Origin: Rhodobacterales bacterium
GTDB taxonomy: Bacteria > Pseudomonadota > Alphaproteobacteria > Rhodobacterales > Rhodobacteraceae
DNA length: 64,000 bases
Assembly: GCA_025362795.1 (NCBI GenBank)
Contig: JANYFE010000036.1
Location: 56 to 64,055, forward strand
Direction of reading: 5' to 3'
Numbering within the stretch: the stretch's first letter is position 1; each line of letters opens with the position of its first letter. The notes under the pieces are model-generated. The model had not been told where the DNA came from and made no database searches. It worked only from the letters and a program-made list of their open reading frames with translations. This document shows positions 53,016-63,311 of this stretch, piece after piece. Both the position numbers and the translations under genes were made by a program.

Positions 53016-54052
53016 GAACCTATCTGGACCACAACGCCAGCACGCCGCTTCGTCCAGAGGCGCGGGTGGCAATGCTAGCTGCCATGGAGGTGTCGGGCAA
53101 TCCGTCGTCGGTTCATGCCGAAGGCAGGCTGGCTAAAGGTTTGATCGAACGAGCGAGGGCACAGGTCGCGGCGGCGTTGGGTGCGGATGGGGCGGATATC
53201 ATATTCACCTCTGGAGCGACGGAAGCCGCTGCCTTGGCGTGTGCCGGGCGTGGACTGGCCTGTGCGCCGGTGGAGCATGATGCGGTGGCGGCCTGGTGCG
53301 ATGCGGTGTTGCCGGTCGATGGCGACGGGATTGTCGCGGTTGCAAACTCAGCCCGAACTGCTTTGCAACTTGCGAATTCAGAAACTGGGGTGATGCAGGA
53401 CCTGCCTGAAAGGTTGGCGGTGTCGGACCTGACGCAAGCGTTTGGCAAAGTGCCGCTGGCGTTTAACTGGCTCGGCATCGAAATGGGTTTGGTGTCGGCG
53501 CATAAACTTGGCGGTCCGAAAGGTGTCGGGGCGCTGGTTTTGCGACGCGGGCTGGATCTTGCGCCGCAAATCAAAGGCGGTGGGCAAGAAATGGGGCGCC
53601 GGGCGGGGACGGAAAACCTGATCGGGATCGCCGGATTCGGTGCTGCGGCGGAGGCTGCGGCGCGAGATCTGGCCGATGGAGTCTGGGAGCGGATCGCAGA
53701 ACTTAGAAATACTCTAAATCAGGCATTGTCGGCCTGTGGATTTGAGACTATTTCAGTCGGGAATACTTCCCGGTGCCTGCCGAATACCTTGTGCGTCATA
53801 GCGCCGGGTTGGAAGGGTGAGACGCAGGTAATGGCGATGGATTTAGCGGGTTTTGCCATCTCAGCCGGATCCGCCTGTTCCAGCGGCAAGGTGCAGCCCA
53901 GCCGGGTGTTGCGGGCGATGGGGTTTGATGATGCGATGGCGGGGCAAGCCATCCGCGTCTCGTTGGGGCCGCTGACGACAGCTGAAGACGTGCTGCGCTT
54001 TGCCGAAGTCTGGGGCCGAGAATTTAAGCGCATTCGGGCGCGCGTAGCTTGA
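53012..54052 (+). CDS. Cysteine desulfurase (NifS/IscS-like)
   Basis: YLDHNASTP, GNPSSVH, SAHKLGGPKG, SAGSACSSG. Confidence 0.94.
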   Translation: MRTYLDHNASTPLRPEARVAMLAAMEVSGNPSSVHAEGRLAKGLIERARAQVAAALGADGADIIFTSGATEAAALACAGRGLACAPVEHDAVAAWCDAVLPVDGDGIVAVANSARTALQLANSETGVMQDLPERLAVSDLTQAFGKVPLAFNWLGIEMGLVSAHKLGGPKGVGALVLRRGLDLAPQIKGGGQEMGRRAGTENLIGIAGFGAAAEAAARDLADGVWERIAELRNTLNQALSACGFETISVGNTSRCLPNTLCVIAPGWKGETQVMAMDLAGFAISAGSACSSGKVQPSRVLRAMGFDDAMAGQAIRVSLGPLTTAEDVLRFAEVWGREFKRIRARVA

Positions 54053-54092
54053 AGATCGGGCTGCAAGGCTCTGAAACGGAAGGATCACTGCG

Positions 54093-55601
54093 ATGGCCAC
54101 GTTAGAGGCGGAGATGCGCGATGGCGTGGATCGGGAGACGATCGACACGGTCAATGCCATGTCTGGTGCCTATAAGTATGGCTGGTCGACCGAGATCGAA
54201 ATGGATTACGCGCCGAAGGGCCTGTCCGAGGACATTGTGCGGCTGATTTCAGAAAAGAACGGCGAGCCGGAATGGCTGCTTGACTGGCGTCTGTCTGCCT
54301 ATCACCGCTGGCTCAAGATGGAAGAACCGACCTGGGCGATGGTTCAGTATCCCCAAATCGACTATCAGGATCAGTATTACTACGCCAAACCGCGCAGTAT
54401 GGCCGGCAAGCCGAAAAGTCTGGAAGAAGTAGACCCTAAGCTGTTGGCGACCTATGCCAAACTGGGAATACCGCTGAAAGAACAGGCCTTGCTCGCCGGC
54501 GTTGAAACGCCGGAAGGCGAACGCCGCGTGGCAGTCGATGCGGTGTTCGACAGTGTTTCAGTTGGTACCACTTTCAAGGCGGAACTGGCTAAGGCCGGGG
54601 TGATTTTCTGTTCGATCTCGGAAGCGGTGCGCGAGCATCCCGAACTGGTGCGCAAGTATCTTGGGACGGTCGTGCCTCAGTCAGACAACTTCTTTGCCAC
54701 TCTGAACAGCGCTGTCTATTCTGATGGCAGCTTCGTCTATATTCCGCCGGGCACCCGATGCCCGATGGAACTATCGACCTATTTCCGTATCAATGCCGAA
54801 AACACAGGGCAGTATGAACGTACGCTGATCATCGCCGATAAGGGTAGCTATGTCAGTTATCTGGAAGGCTGCACCGCGCCCAAGCGGGACACCCACCAAT
54901 TGCATGCCGCTGTGGTGGAAATCGTCATTCTAGAGGACGCCGAGGTCAAGTATTCCACCGTGCAAAACTGGTATCCCGGCGATGAAAATGGCCGAGGCGG
55001 CATCTATAACTTTGTCACCAAGCGCGCCGATTGCCGTGGTGACCGGGCCAAAGTGATGTGGACCCAAGTCGAAACCGGCTCGGCTATCACCTGGAAGTAC
55101 CCGTCTTGCATCCTGCGCGGCAACGACAGCCAAGGAGAGTTCTACTCCATCGCCATTGCCAACAATTACCAACAGGCCGACACTGGCACCAAGATGATCC
55201 ATTTGGGCCGCAACACAAAAAGCCGGATCGTTTCCAAGGGGATATCGGCGGGCAGGGCGCAAAACACCTACCGTGGCCTGGTTTCGATGCATCCGAAAGC
55301 CACCAATTCGCGCAACTATACCCAGTGCGATAGCTTGTTGATTGGCGACAAGTGCGGGGCGCACACGGTGCCTTACATTGAAGTTAAGAACAATTCTTCA
55401 CGTGTTGAGCACGAGGCGACCACGTCGAAAGTGGACGAGGATCAATTGTTCTATTGCCGGTCACGCGGGATGGACGAGGAAGAAGCAGTGGCCCTGGTCG
55501 TCAATGGTTTTTGCAAAGAGGTGTTGCAAGCCTTACCGATGGAGTTTGCAATCGAGGCGCAGGCGCTGGTAGCAATCTCGCTTGAAGGCTCTGTGGGCTG
55601 A
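54093..55601 (+). CDS. sufB: Fe-S assembly protein SufB
   Basis: [33 protein letters not shown]. Confidence 0.98.
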   Translation: MATLEAEMRDGVDRETIDTVNAMSGAYKYGWSTEIEMDYAPKGLSEDIVRLISEKNGEPEWLLDWRLSAYHRWLKMEEPTWAMVQYPQIDYQDQYYYAKPRSMAGKPKSLEEVDPKLLATYAKLGIPLKEQALLAGVETPEGERRVAVDAVFDSVSVGTTFKAELAKAGVIFCSISEAVREHPELVRKYLGTVVPQSDNFFATLNSAVYSDGSFVYIPPGTRCPMELSTYFRINAENTGQYERTLIIADKGSYVSYLEGCTAPKRDTHQLHAAVVEIVILEDAEVKYSTVQNWYPGDENGRGGIYNFVTKRADCRGDRAKVMWTQVETGSAITWKYPSCILRGNDSQGEFYSIAIANNYQQADTGTKMIHLGRNTKSRIVSKGISAGRAQNTYRGLVSMHPKATNSRNYTQCDSLLIGDKCGAHTVPYIEVKNNSSRVEHEATTSKVDEDQLFYCRSRGMDEEEAVALVVNGFCKEVLQALPMEFAIEAQALVAISLEGSVG

Positions 55602-55702
55602 CGGGAGCCTGATTTTGCACGATATGGCACCAGTTCCACCCTATTTAAGCCATTGTTCGGCTGTCACTTGTCGGGGACAGACGGATACATGGACGCGGCC
55701 CT

Positions 55703-56245
55703 ATGCAGGCGATATCGCAAAATCATCGGGAATTCGCCGCGCGGATCGCGCGGATCGAATCCGGGGTCGCCGCATCCAAGCAACTGCTGTTTGTGGGTAT
55801 CGACGAAGTTTACCAAGTTCCCTTGCGGGTGCGAAAGGTCAAGCGTTCGGGCTTGACCGCGTTTTTTCGCAATGTGATGTATCCGGTTTCACTGGTTTTG
55901 GCGGTGGTTTTGGGCGCCGTTGCGCACGGCCTTGGTCAGATCATACGGTATCAGGCACAGGGCCTGCCCGATCTCGGTGCCAACCCGGATGTCGAGATGG
56001 TGGTGCAGGTCGTTTTGGGTTTTGCCATTGCGATGGTGCTTGGCTATCTGACGGGGCTGCGCTCAAATCAACTGACCACACTCAAATCCATCGGAGTGGT
56101 CTTTGGCCTTTTGCTGTTTCACAACTCGGTTCATGCCTATCCCCAGTTTTTCGCTATCCTGACGTCAAAAATCTGGGTCAATCAGGTCATGGCCCATACC
56201 TATGCCCATTCGATTTTATGGCGCGGTATCACCATTCCGTTTTGA
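55703..56245 (+). CDS. Hypothetical membrane protein inside the suf operon
   Basis: 180 aa, soluble N-terminus then about three TM helices; no motif recognised. Confidence 0.8.
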   Translation: MQAISQNHREFAARIARIESGVAASKQLLFVGIDEVYQVPLRVRKVKRSGLTAFFRNVMYPVSLVLAVVLGAVAHGLGQIIRYQAQGLPDLGANPDVEMVVQVVLGFAIAMVLGYLTGLRSNQLTTLKSIGVVFGLLLFHNSVHAYPQFFAILTSKIWVNQVMAHTYAHSILWRGITIPF

Positions 56246-56260
56246 TGGTTGGGGGTCGGT

Positions 56261-56854
56261 ATGCCTGACCAACCCAAAGCACCGAAACTGACCCTGCCGG
56301 ATCTTGAGAGTGCCGCTTTGCGCGAAGCCTATGCCAACGCGCCGGTTATCCTGGAGTATGGTATGGGGGGAACTACCATTATAGCGGCCGAAACCGCAGG
56401 GCATACCGTGTTTTCGGTCGAAAGTGATCACAATTGGCTCACCAAGATGGAACGTTGGTTTGCCAACAAGCCGCCTGCGGCAATCGTTCATCTCCACTAT
56501 GCTGATATTGGTCCGACCAGTGAATGGGGCCACCCCGCTAGTAAAAAACGACTGAACCGATGGTCCGGCTATCCGATCTCCGTCTGGGATCGCCACGATT
56601 TTCTGCATCCGGACGTGGTTCTGATCGACGGACGGTTCCGCCTCGCCTGCATGCTGACCACTCTCTTTCGCATCGAACGTGCTACGCGGGTTCTGGTTGA
56701 TGACTATATTGACCGACCGGGGTACAAGGCGATCGAAACCCTGGTCGGTGCGCCTAACTTGATTGGCCGAATGGCCGACTTCCGCTTTACCGCGCAAATT
56801 CTGCCAGTTCAGCACATGCGCTGGATCATGGCGGCCTTTGCCTCCCCATTCTGA
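56261..56854 (+). CDS. Class I SAM-dependent methyltransferase-like protein inside the suf operon
   Basis: ILEYGMGGTT (motif I-like), SVESD, VVLIDGRFR. Confidence 0.72.
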   Translation: MPDQPKAPKLTLPDLESAALREAYANAPVILEYGMGGTTIIAAETAGHTVFSVESDHNWLTKMERWFANKPPAAIVHLHYADIGPTSEWGHPASKKRLNRWSGYPISVWDRHDFLHPDVVLIDGRFRLACMLTTLFRIERATRVLVDDYIDRPGYKAIETLVGAPNLIGRMADFRFTAQILPVQHMRWIMAAFASPF

Positions 56855-56876
56855 CGCGCCGCTGAAAGGGCCTGAA

Positions 56877-57632
56877 ATGTTGAGTATCAATAACCTGCAT
56901 GTAAAACTTGGGGACGAAGACAAGCAGATCCTGAACGGGGTGGACCTGAAAATCGGTGCTGGCGAAGTGCATGCGATCATGGGGCCCAATGGGTCAGGCA
57001 AATCGACACTCAGCTATGTGCTGGCTGGCCGCGATGGCTATGTTGTAACTGATGGTAGCGCGACATTGGTTGGTGCCGACCTTTTGGCGATGGCACCGGA
57101 AGTGCGAGCGGCTGCTGGGCTTTTTCTGGCGTTCCAGTACCCGGTCGAAATACCCGGCGTTGGCAACATGACCTTTCTGCGCACCGCATTGAATGCCCAG
57201 CGAAAGGCGCGCGGCGAGCCAGAGGTTTCGGCGGGCGACTTTCTAAAACTGGTACGCGACAAGGCCAAACGTTTGCAGATCGACGCGGATATGTTGAAGC
57301 GCCCGGTCAATGTCGGATTCTCGGGTGGCGAGAAAAAGCGCAACGAGATCCTGCAAATGGCGGTACTAGAGCCCAAGATGTGCATCTTGGACGAAACCGA
57401 TTCCGGGCTGGATGTTGACGCGATGAAGTTGGTCGCAGAAGGCGTGAATTCCTTGCGTAATGCGGGCCGCTCGTTTCTTGTCATCACCCATTACCAGCGG
57501 CTCTTGGACCATATCGCGCCGGATGTTGTGCATATCATGGCCACGGGCCGCATCATCAAAACCGGCGGACCTGACTTAGCGCTTGAGGTTGAAAGCAACG
57601 GCTATGCCGACCTGTTGTCGGAGGCGTACTGA
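56877..57632 (+). CDS. sufC: Fe-S assembly ATPase SufC
   Basis: GPNGSGKST, FSGGEKKRNE, LDETDSGLD. Confidence 0.98.
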   Translation: MLSINNLHVKLGDEDKQILNGVDLKIGAGEVHAIMGPNGSGKSTLSYVLAGRDGYVVTDGSATLVGADLLAMAPEVRAAAGLFLAFQYPVEIPGVGNMTFLRTALNAQRKARGEPEVSAGDFLKLVRDKAKRLQIDADMLKRPVNVGFSGGEKKRNEILQMAVLEPKMCILDETDSGLDVDAMKLVAEGVNSLRNAGRSFLVITHYQRLLDHIAPDVVHIMATGRIIKTGGPDLALEVESNGYADLLSEAY

Positions 57633-58909
57633 TGGGGATGATACAGTCACGGCAAGACCAGCTTGCTGCCCGGATCGCGGGGCAGGTTCCGCCACTCGGT
57701 CTTGCAGATGCCCGCGCCGATGCTTTGGACCGGTTGGCGGTGACAGGTCTGCCGGGCAAACGCGATGAATACTGGCGTTATACGGATCCCATGATTTTGA
57801 ACGAACCTGCTGCCCGCAAGGCCGCCGTGTTTGACGCCAGTGACGAGACTCCGATCTTCGGGGCCATCGACCGGTTGAAACTGGTGTTCGTGGACGGCAT
57901 CTTTGATGCCTCTGCGTCTGACCCGCTCGACCTGGCCGGGGTGCAGATTGACCGTCTGGCAGAGTGCCAGGGCTCGGACCATTGGGCGGGCGCTTTCTAT
58001 GGGGTTTTGGAAAAGGCCGGACAAACCCCAGTCAACCGCCCCTTTGCCGGGCTGAATTCCGCTTTTGCGAGGGAGGGGGTTCTGATCCGCGTCACAGGGA
58101 AGGCCACGAAACCTGTTTCGTTGATTTATATACATAAATCTGACAGTTCTGACGTGATGCTGCACCATTGCATCAAGATTGAGCGTGGTGCCGAGATGAC
58201 GTTGCTGGAAAGTGGACTTGCCGGCGCTCGGTTCAACGCGGTGCTGGAAGTTGAGCTGTGTGAAGGTGCGCGATTTCACCATATCCGTGCACAGGGGCGT
58301 AACCATGATCGGCATGAGGTCACGCATCTGTTCGCGCGACTAGCCGCCAAGGCCCTGTTCAAGAGTTTTACCTTAACGGCTAATGGCGCATTGACCCGCA
58401 ACGAGGCGGTGATCGACATCAGGGGCGACGACGCTGTGGCCTACGTGGCAGGGGCCGCCGTCGGCGACGGCAAGTTTCACCATGATGACACGGTATTCGT
58501 GACCCACGACGCCTTGCGCTGCGAAAGCCGACAGGTGTTCAAGAAAGTCTTGAAAAATGGCGCGGTAGGAGTGTTTCAGGGAAAAATTCTGGTCAAAAGT
58601 GGGGCTCAAAAGACCGATGGCTACCAGATCAGCCAGGCTTTGCTGCTGGACGGCGACAGTCAGTTTCTAGCCAAACCAGAGTTGGAGATCTATGCCGATG
58701 ACGTGAAGTGCAGCCACGGCTCGACCTCTGGTGCCATTGACGAGACGGCACTGTTCTATCTGCGGTCACGGGGTGTTCCGGTCAGTCAGGCTCAGGCCTT
58801 GCTCGTTCTGGCGTTTTTGGCCGAATCCATAGCCGAGATCGAGGATCAGGCGATCGCCGAAGACATCCGGTCACGGCTGGAAGGCTGGCTGGCGAGGCAT
58901 GATCACTGA
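57632..58909 (+). CDS. sufD: Fe-S assembly protein SufD
   Basis: EYWRYT, FQGKI, KPELEIYADDVKCSHG. Confidence 0.96.
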   Translation: MGMIQSRQDQLAARIAGQVPPLGLADARADALDRLAVTGLPGKRDEYWRYTDPMILNEPAARKAAVFDASDETPIFGAIDRLKLVFVDGIFDASASDPLDLAGVQIDRLAECQGSDHWAGAFYGVLEKAGQTPVNRPFAGLNSAFAREGVLIRVTGKATKPVSLIYIHKSDSSDVMLHHCIKIERGAEMTLLESGLAGARFNAVLEVELCEGARFHHIRAQGRNHDRHEVTHLFARLAAKALFKSFTLTANGALTRNEAVIDIRGDDAVAYVAGAAVGDGKFHHDDTVFVTHDALRCESRQVFKKVLKNGAVGVFQGKILVKSGAQKTDGYQISQALLLDGDSQFLAKPELEIYADDVKCSHGSTSGAIDETALFYLRSRGVPVSQAQALLVLAFLAESIAEIEDQAIAEDIRSRLEGWLARHDH

Positions 58910-59385
58910 TGGCGATCACACGCGATATCATTGAAAGCTGGGCACATCCGCGCCGCGTCGTGCGTCGCTTACTAGACCTGGGGCCGTCGGAGCCGTTTGT
59001 GTTTACATTTCTCGTCACATTTCTGATCCTGGCCTTTACTGCGGCGGCCCCCAATCTGGCGCGTCAAGCATATCTCCATCCAGAGTCACCTCTGTTTCAG
59101 CGGTTTCTTGCGGCGTCCCTTGGGCTGTTGGCGACGATTCCGCTTTGGTATCTGTTTGCCGCGCTTGGCCACTTGATCGCCCGCGCCTGTGGCGGCAAGG
59201 GTACGCATTTTGGTGGTCGGCTTGCACTGTTCTGGACGCTTGTTGTGGTGTCACCCGCAATGTTGTTGCAGGGGCTTATCCAGGGACTATTGGGCGCTAC
59301 AAATGCAGCGATTGCCACTGGCGTCATGGTGGCTGTCGCGTTCCTGATGTTCTGGACCGTGATGTTGCAAGAGGTGGAACGTTGA
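58909..59385 (+). CDS. YIP1-like membrane protein
   Basis: About four TM helices, RACGGKG...RLALFW; coupled to the sufD stop. Confidence 0.8.
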   Translation: MAITRDIIESWAHPRRVVRRLLDLGPSEPFVFTFLVTFLILAFTAAAPNLARQAYLHPESPLFQRFLAASLGLLATIPLWYLFAALGHLIARACGGKGTHFGGRLALFWTLVVVSPAMLLQGLIQGLLGATNAAIATGVMVAVAFLMFWTVMLQEVER

Positions 59386-59969
59386 TGGACTTGACCCTGC
59401 CGCTATTGTTGAACGCCGCCCGACTTTCGGTCGAACGCCCAAAAGAGGGGGCACGCCAGATTTTGAATTTGCATTTGTCCCTAGGTGAAGCTGGAATCGG
59501 TTTGGCTCTGATGGCGGTCATCTCGACGCTGTTCGCTGAAATCAGCAATATGCTGTCACCCATTCAAGCAGAGCCTATTGTAGCAGCCGCCTTCGCCACG
59601 CCATTTGGTTTGGCAGTGTTGCAATTTGTGGTGATGGGCAGCGCCGCAGTTTTGATCCGGATTGTTGGCCGATGGGCCGGTGGCAGGGGCGATCTCGCCG
59701 GTGCGCTGGTTCTGGTGGGCTGGCTTCAAGCGATCCTGTTGCTGTTGCAAGTGGTGCAACTGATGGCGTTGCTGGTGTTGCCGGCCTTTGTTGGCCCGAT
59801 CGGCCTGTTTGGCGTGACGCTCTTTGGCTGGTTGCTAACCAATTTTGTCGCGGAATTGCATTCTTTTAAGTCCCTTGGCAAAGTTTTTCTCTGCATTCTT
59901 GCAGTCTTGCTGGGGACTTCGCTGCTTGTGGCGATCGTGCTGGTCTTCGCGTTCGGGGTGAGGCTATAG
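59385..59969 (+). CDS. YIP1-like membrane protein
   Basis: About five TM helices, GRWAGGRG; TGATG overlap with the previous gene. Confidence 0.8.
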   Translation: MDLTLPLLLNAARLSVERPKEGARQILNLHLSLGEAGIGLALMAVISTLFAEISNMLSPIQAEPIVAAAFATPFGLAVLQFVVMGSAAVLIRIVGRWAGGRGDLAGALVLVGWLQAILLLLQVVQLMALLVLPAFVGPIGLFGVTLFGWLLTNFVAELHSFKSLGKVFLCILAVLLGTSLLVAIVLVFAFGVRL

Positions 59970-59971
59970 CC

Positions 59972-61189
59972 ATGTTTGATGTGGCCAAAGTCCGCGCGGA
60001 CTTCCCAATCCTTTCGAGGCATGTGAATGGCAAACCTCTGATTTACCTTGACAATGGGGCCTCAGCGCAAAAACCGCAAGTGGTGATTGATGCTGTCTGC
60101 CGGACTTATTCGCAGGAATACGCCAATGTTCACAGAGGCTTGCATTATCTTTCCAACCTTGCCACTGAAAATTATGAAGCGGTCCGCGGCAAAGTAGCTC
60201 GTTTTCTGAACGGCACGCCAGATGAAATTGTTTTTACGACTGGCACGACAGAGGCTATCAATCTGGTCTCATATGCTTGGGCTGCGCTGCGTATGCAGCC
60301 GGGCGACGAGATTGTGTTGAGTGTGATGGAACATCACGCCAACATAGTGCCTTGGCATTTTCTGCGCGAACGGCAAGGGGTGGTTCTGAAATGGGTTGAT
60401 GTGGATGCGAAGGGGGATCTGGACCCCGAGTCCGTTCTGGCCGCCATAACGCCGCGAACCAAGTTGGTCGCCGTAACCCATATGTCCAACGTCCTGGGGA
60501 CGGTTGTCGATGTTGCAGCGATTTGCCAGGGAGCGAAAAACCTGGGTGTCCCGGTACTGGTGGATGGCAGCCAGGCGGCGGTTCACTTGCCGGTCGACGT
60601 GCAGGCGATTGGATGTGATTTTTACGCAATAACCGGGCATAAGCTATATGGACCAAGCGGTTCCGGGGCGATCTTCATTTGCCGCGAGAGGATGGCAGAG
60701 ATGCGTCCCTTCCTTGGCGGTGGCGATATGATTCGCGAGGTGACACGGGACGCCATCACCTGGAACGAACCGCCTATGAAGTTTGAAGCTGGCACGCCGG
60801 GCATTGTCCAACAAATCGGCTTGGGCGTTGCGCTTGACTATCTAAACGGGCTTGGCATGGCGCATGTGGCGGCATACGAGCGGTCTTTGCGTGACTACGC
60901 CCGCGAACGCTTATCGGACCTCAACTGGCTGAATATTCAGGGAAATTCGGCAACAAAGGGGGCCATCTTCTCTTTCACTCTGGACGGCCCGGCGCATGCG
61001 CATGACATCTCCACGGTGCTGGACAAACGCGGCATAGCCGTTAGAGCGGGCACTCATTGCGCCATGCCGCTCATGCAACATTATGGGCTGACTGCCACAT
61101 GCCGAGCCTCCTTCGGACTTTACAATACGGTGGATGAAGTCGATGCACTGATCTCTGCATTGGAACTATGCCACGAATTGTTCGGATGA
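59972..61189 (+). CDS. sufS: SufS cysteine desulfurase
   Basis: YLDNGASAQKP, EHHANIVPW, TGHKLYGP, RAGTHCA, RASF. Confidence 0.97.
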   Translation: MFDVAKVRADFPILSRHVNGKPLIYLDNGASAQKPQVVIDAVCRTYSQEYANVHRGLHYLSNLATENYEAVRGKVARFLNGTPDEIVFTTGTTEAINLVSYAWAALRMQPGDEIVLSVMEHHANIVPWHFLRERQGVVLKWVDVDAKGDLDPESVLAAITPRTKLVAVTHMSNVLGTVVDVAAICQGAKNLGVPVLVDGSQAAVHLPVDVQAIGCDFYAITGHKLYGPSGSGAIFICRERMAEMRPFLGGGDMIREVTRDAITWNEPPMKFEAGTPGIVQQIGLGVALDYLNGLGMAHVAAYERSLRDYARERLSDLNWLNIQGNSATKGAIFSFTLDGPAHAHDISTVLDKRGIAVRAGTHCAMPLMQHYGLTATCRASFGLYNTVDEVDALISALELCHELFG

Positions 61190-61334
61190 CGGGATGCCAC
61201 AGGGGCCCGGTACGGCGGGACGGGTGGTTTTCCCCCTCCTCCCACTGATGATCTACGGTCTGCTGAATGCCGGCATCAGAAGGCCGCGCAACCTGTTCGC
61301 AATGACCAAGATACCGTCGTCGATGATTGAGCGG

Positions 61335-61363
61335 TTGAAACCCATTCCGCCAGCCGCTATAGA
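61335..61363 (+). promoter_or_regulatory. Sigma70 promoter of tRNA-Arg
   Basis: TTGAAA-N17-TATAGA, 9 nt before the tRNA. Confidence 0.7.
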
Positions 61364-61372
61364 CCGCGTCAG

Positions 61373-61449
61373 GCACCCATAGCTCAGCTGGATAGAGTGT
61401 TGCCCTCCGAAGGCAAAGGTCGCACGTTCGAATCGTGCTGGGTGCACCA
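61373..61449 (+). tRNA. tRNA-Arg(CCG)
   Basis: Acceptor stem GCACCCA/TGGGTGC, anticodon arm TTGCC-CT-CCG-AA-GGCAA, TTCGAAT T-loop, encoded CCA; 77 nt. Confidence 0.97.
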
Positions 61450-61548
61450 GTCTCTTTCATCGATGTGAATGCGATTGCCTATTTGGATTTGCCCATGCCG
61501 GGTCAAATTGGCATGGGTGACAGCTTTTTCCGCGAAAAAGGGTCCGAT

Positions 61549-62373
61549 GTGCCGAACCGACCCAGTCCAGTTGCAAGCAAAGCGCGGGTAGCGGGGCATT
61601 TTGGTGAATTGTTGCAAGGCAGGCTTGGGCCAGCCGGGCCCGTGGTGCTGGTGACGCTGCCTTGCCCGGTGCTGGTCGCTCAGGCGGTTTTTCTGCCCGC
61701 GCGACAACTTTCGTTGCTTCAATCGCGGCGGGTTGTCGCGCTGGATCGTTTAACCAGATTGTTGGCCCATTTGGACATGCCGCGGCGAGGGCGATTCCGG
61801 TTGATGAGCCAAATGCCACCGGGCGGAGGCGCGGGAGCTTCGACGGCTGCGCTGTTGGCGCTCGGGATGGCCTGTGGGCTTGATTCAGGGACGGTCGCGA
61901 AGGCGTGCTTGGCCGTCGAAGGAGCAAGTGACCCCTTACAGTTCGCGGCGCCAGAGCGGGTGTTGTGGGCCTCTCGCAGGGGGCAAGTGATTGCAAAACT
62001 GCCAACCATGCCCCGTTTCGAAGTGCTGGGCGGCTTTTGGGGAATGCACATCAGGACTGATCCCCAAGATAATGATTTTCCAGATATTTCCGATCTGATT
62101 TCCGCTTGGCCTTCTGCCTGTGCCGACTTGGGCAGCATCGCAGATCTTTCCAGCCAGTCGGCGCGTCGAACGTTGGGTTTGCGCGGACCCAAAGACGATC
62201 CGACCGCGATGCTTGCCAGCAAATGGTCGGCGCTTGGCTTTGTCATTGCCCATACAGGATCCGCACGAGGATTGATTTTTGCGCCGGGAACGGTGCCTAG
62301 CGCGGCGGCGGCAGACTTGCGGCGCTTCGGGTTTTCGCGGATCACCCAGTTCAAAGGTGGGGGAGGCTACTGA
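61549..62373 (+). CDS. bluE: GHMP-family L-threonine kinase BluE (PduX-like)
   Basis: GHFGELLQG, PPGGGAGASTA, GASDP, AHTGSARG; directly upstream of cbiB. GTG start inferred. Confidence 0.82.
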   Translation: MPNRPSPVASKARVAGHFGELLQGRLGPAGPVVLVTLPCPVLVAQAVFLPARQLSLLQSRRVVALDRLTRLLAHLDMPRRGRFRLMSQMPPGGGAGASTAALLALGMACGLDSGTVAKACLAVEGASDPLQFAAPERVLWASRRGQVIAKLPTMPRFEVLGGFWGMHIRTDPQDNDFPDISDLISAWPSACADLGSIADLSSQSARRTLGLRGPKDDPTAMLASKWSALGFVIAHTGSARGLIFAPGTVPSAAAADLRRFGFSRITQFKGGGGY

Positions 62374-63311
62374 TGTTTGCGGCTGCCATGTTGGTTGCAC
62401 TGTCGGTCGAGGCGGTGATCGGCTGGCCGGATGCCCTTTTTCGGCGCATCGGACATCCAGTGACATGGATTGGGGCACTTATAAAGTCATCCGACGCACA
62501 GTTTAATCGGTCCGGCGATCCCAGCGGTATAAGACAAATGGCGGGCGTAGTGGTTGCACTGAGCATCATGGCCACAGTCGCGGTTGTTGCGTCTGTTTTT
62601 GTCTGGATGCTGCCAAAGGGCTGGAGCGGTGGCGTTTTGACTGGAATCCTGGCTTGGCCTCTGGTGGCGGGACGATCGCTGTATGATCATGTCAAGGCGG
62701 TGGCGCAGCCGTTGATGCAAGGGGATTTGGGCGCCGCTCGATCTGCCGTCGCGATGATCGTCGGGCGCGATCCGGCTAATTTGGATGGTGCGGGGATTGG
62801 GCGAGCCACGCTGGAAAGCCTTGCCGAAAGCGCCTCGGATGGCGTCGTTGCGCCGCTGTTCTGGGGCGTGATTTTTGGGTTGCCCGGGATCGCAGTTTAC
62901 AAAGCGGTCAATACCATGGATTCGATGATGGGGCACCTGACGCCGCGCCACGCCGCCTTTGGTTGGGCAGCCGCACGGATCGATGATGCGGCGAATTTGA
63001 TTCCCGCACGATTGACTGGTCTTTTGCTGGCCGTCGTTTCAAATGATTGGCGGGCGTCTCTAACCTGCATGTGGCGCGATGCAAGTAAGCACCGGTCGCC
63101 AAATGCGGGATGGCCCGAGGCGGCTTTGGCCGGCGGTCTGGGCGTTCGGCTGTCGGGACCGCGGGTTTATGACGGGCAGTTGTCAGAAGATGTTTGGGTG
63201 AATGACAGGGCAGCCGACCCGGTTGCGGCGGATCTGCGGCGTGGACTGGACCTTTATCGGAGAGCCTTGTTAATTTTGGCACTTTTGCTGCTTTTTTTGG
63301 CGGCAAAATGA
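62373..63311 (+). CDS. cbiB: Adenosylcobinamide-phosphate synthase (CbiB; CobD in aerobic nomenclature)
   Basis: GHPVTWIG, IVGRD, ESLAESASDG, YKAVNTMDSMMG, SPNAGWPEAA. Confidence 0.96.
   Translation: MFAAAMLVALSVEAVIGWPDALFRRIGHPVTWIGALIKSSDAQFNRSGDPSGIRQMAGVVVALSIMATVAVVASVFVWMLPKGWSGGVLTGILAWPLVAGRSLYDHVKAVAQPLMQGDLGAARSAVAMIVGRDPANLDGAGIGRATLESLAESASDGVVAPLFWGVIFGLPGIAVYKAVNTMDSMMGHLTPRHAAFGWAAARIDDAANLIPARLTGLLLAVVSNDWRASLTCMWRDASKHRSPNAGWPEAALAGGLGVRLSGPRVYDGQLSEDVWVNDRAADPVAADLRRGLDLYRRALLILALLLLFLAAK

Noticed and set aside
61190-61334. 145-bp gap after sufS as a small gene or remnant
   Set aside because: Short open frames exist on both strands, but none has a convincing RBS/start or a recognisable motif.
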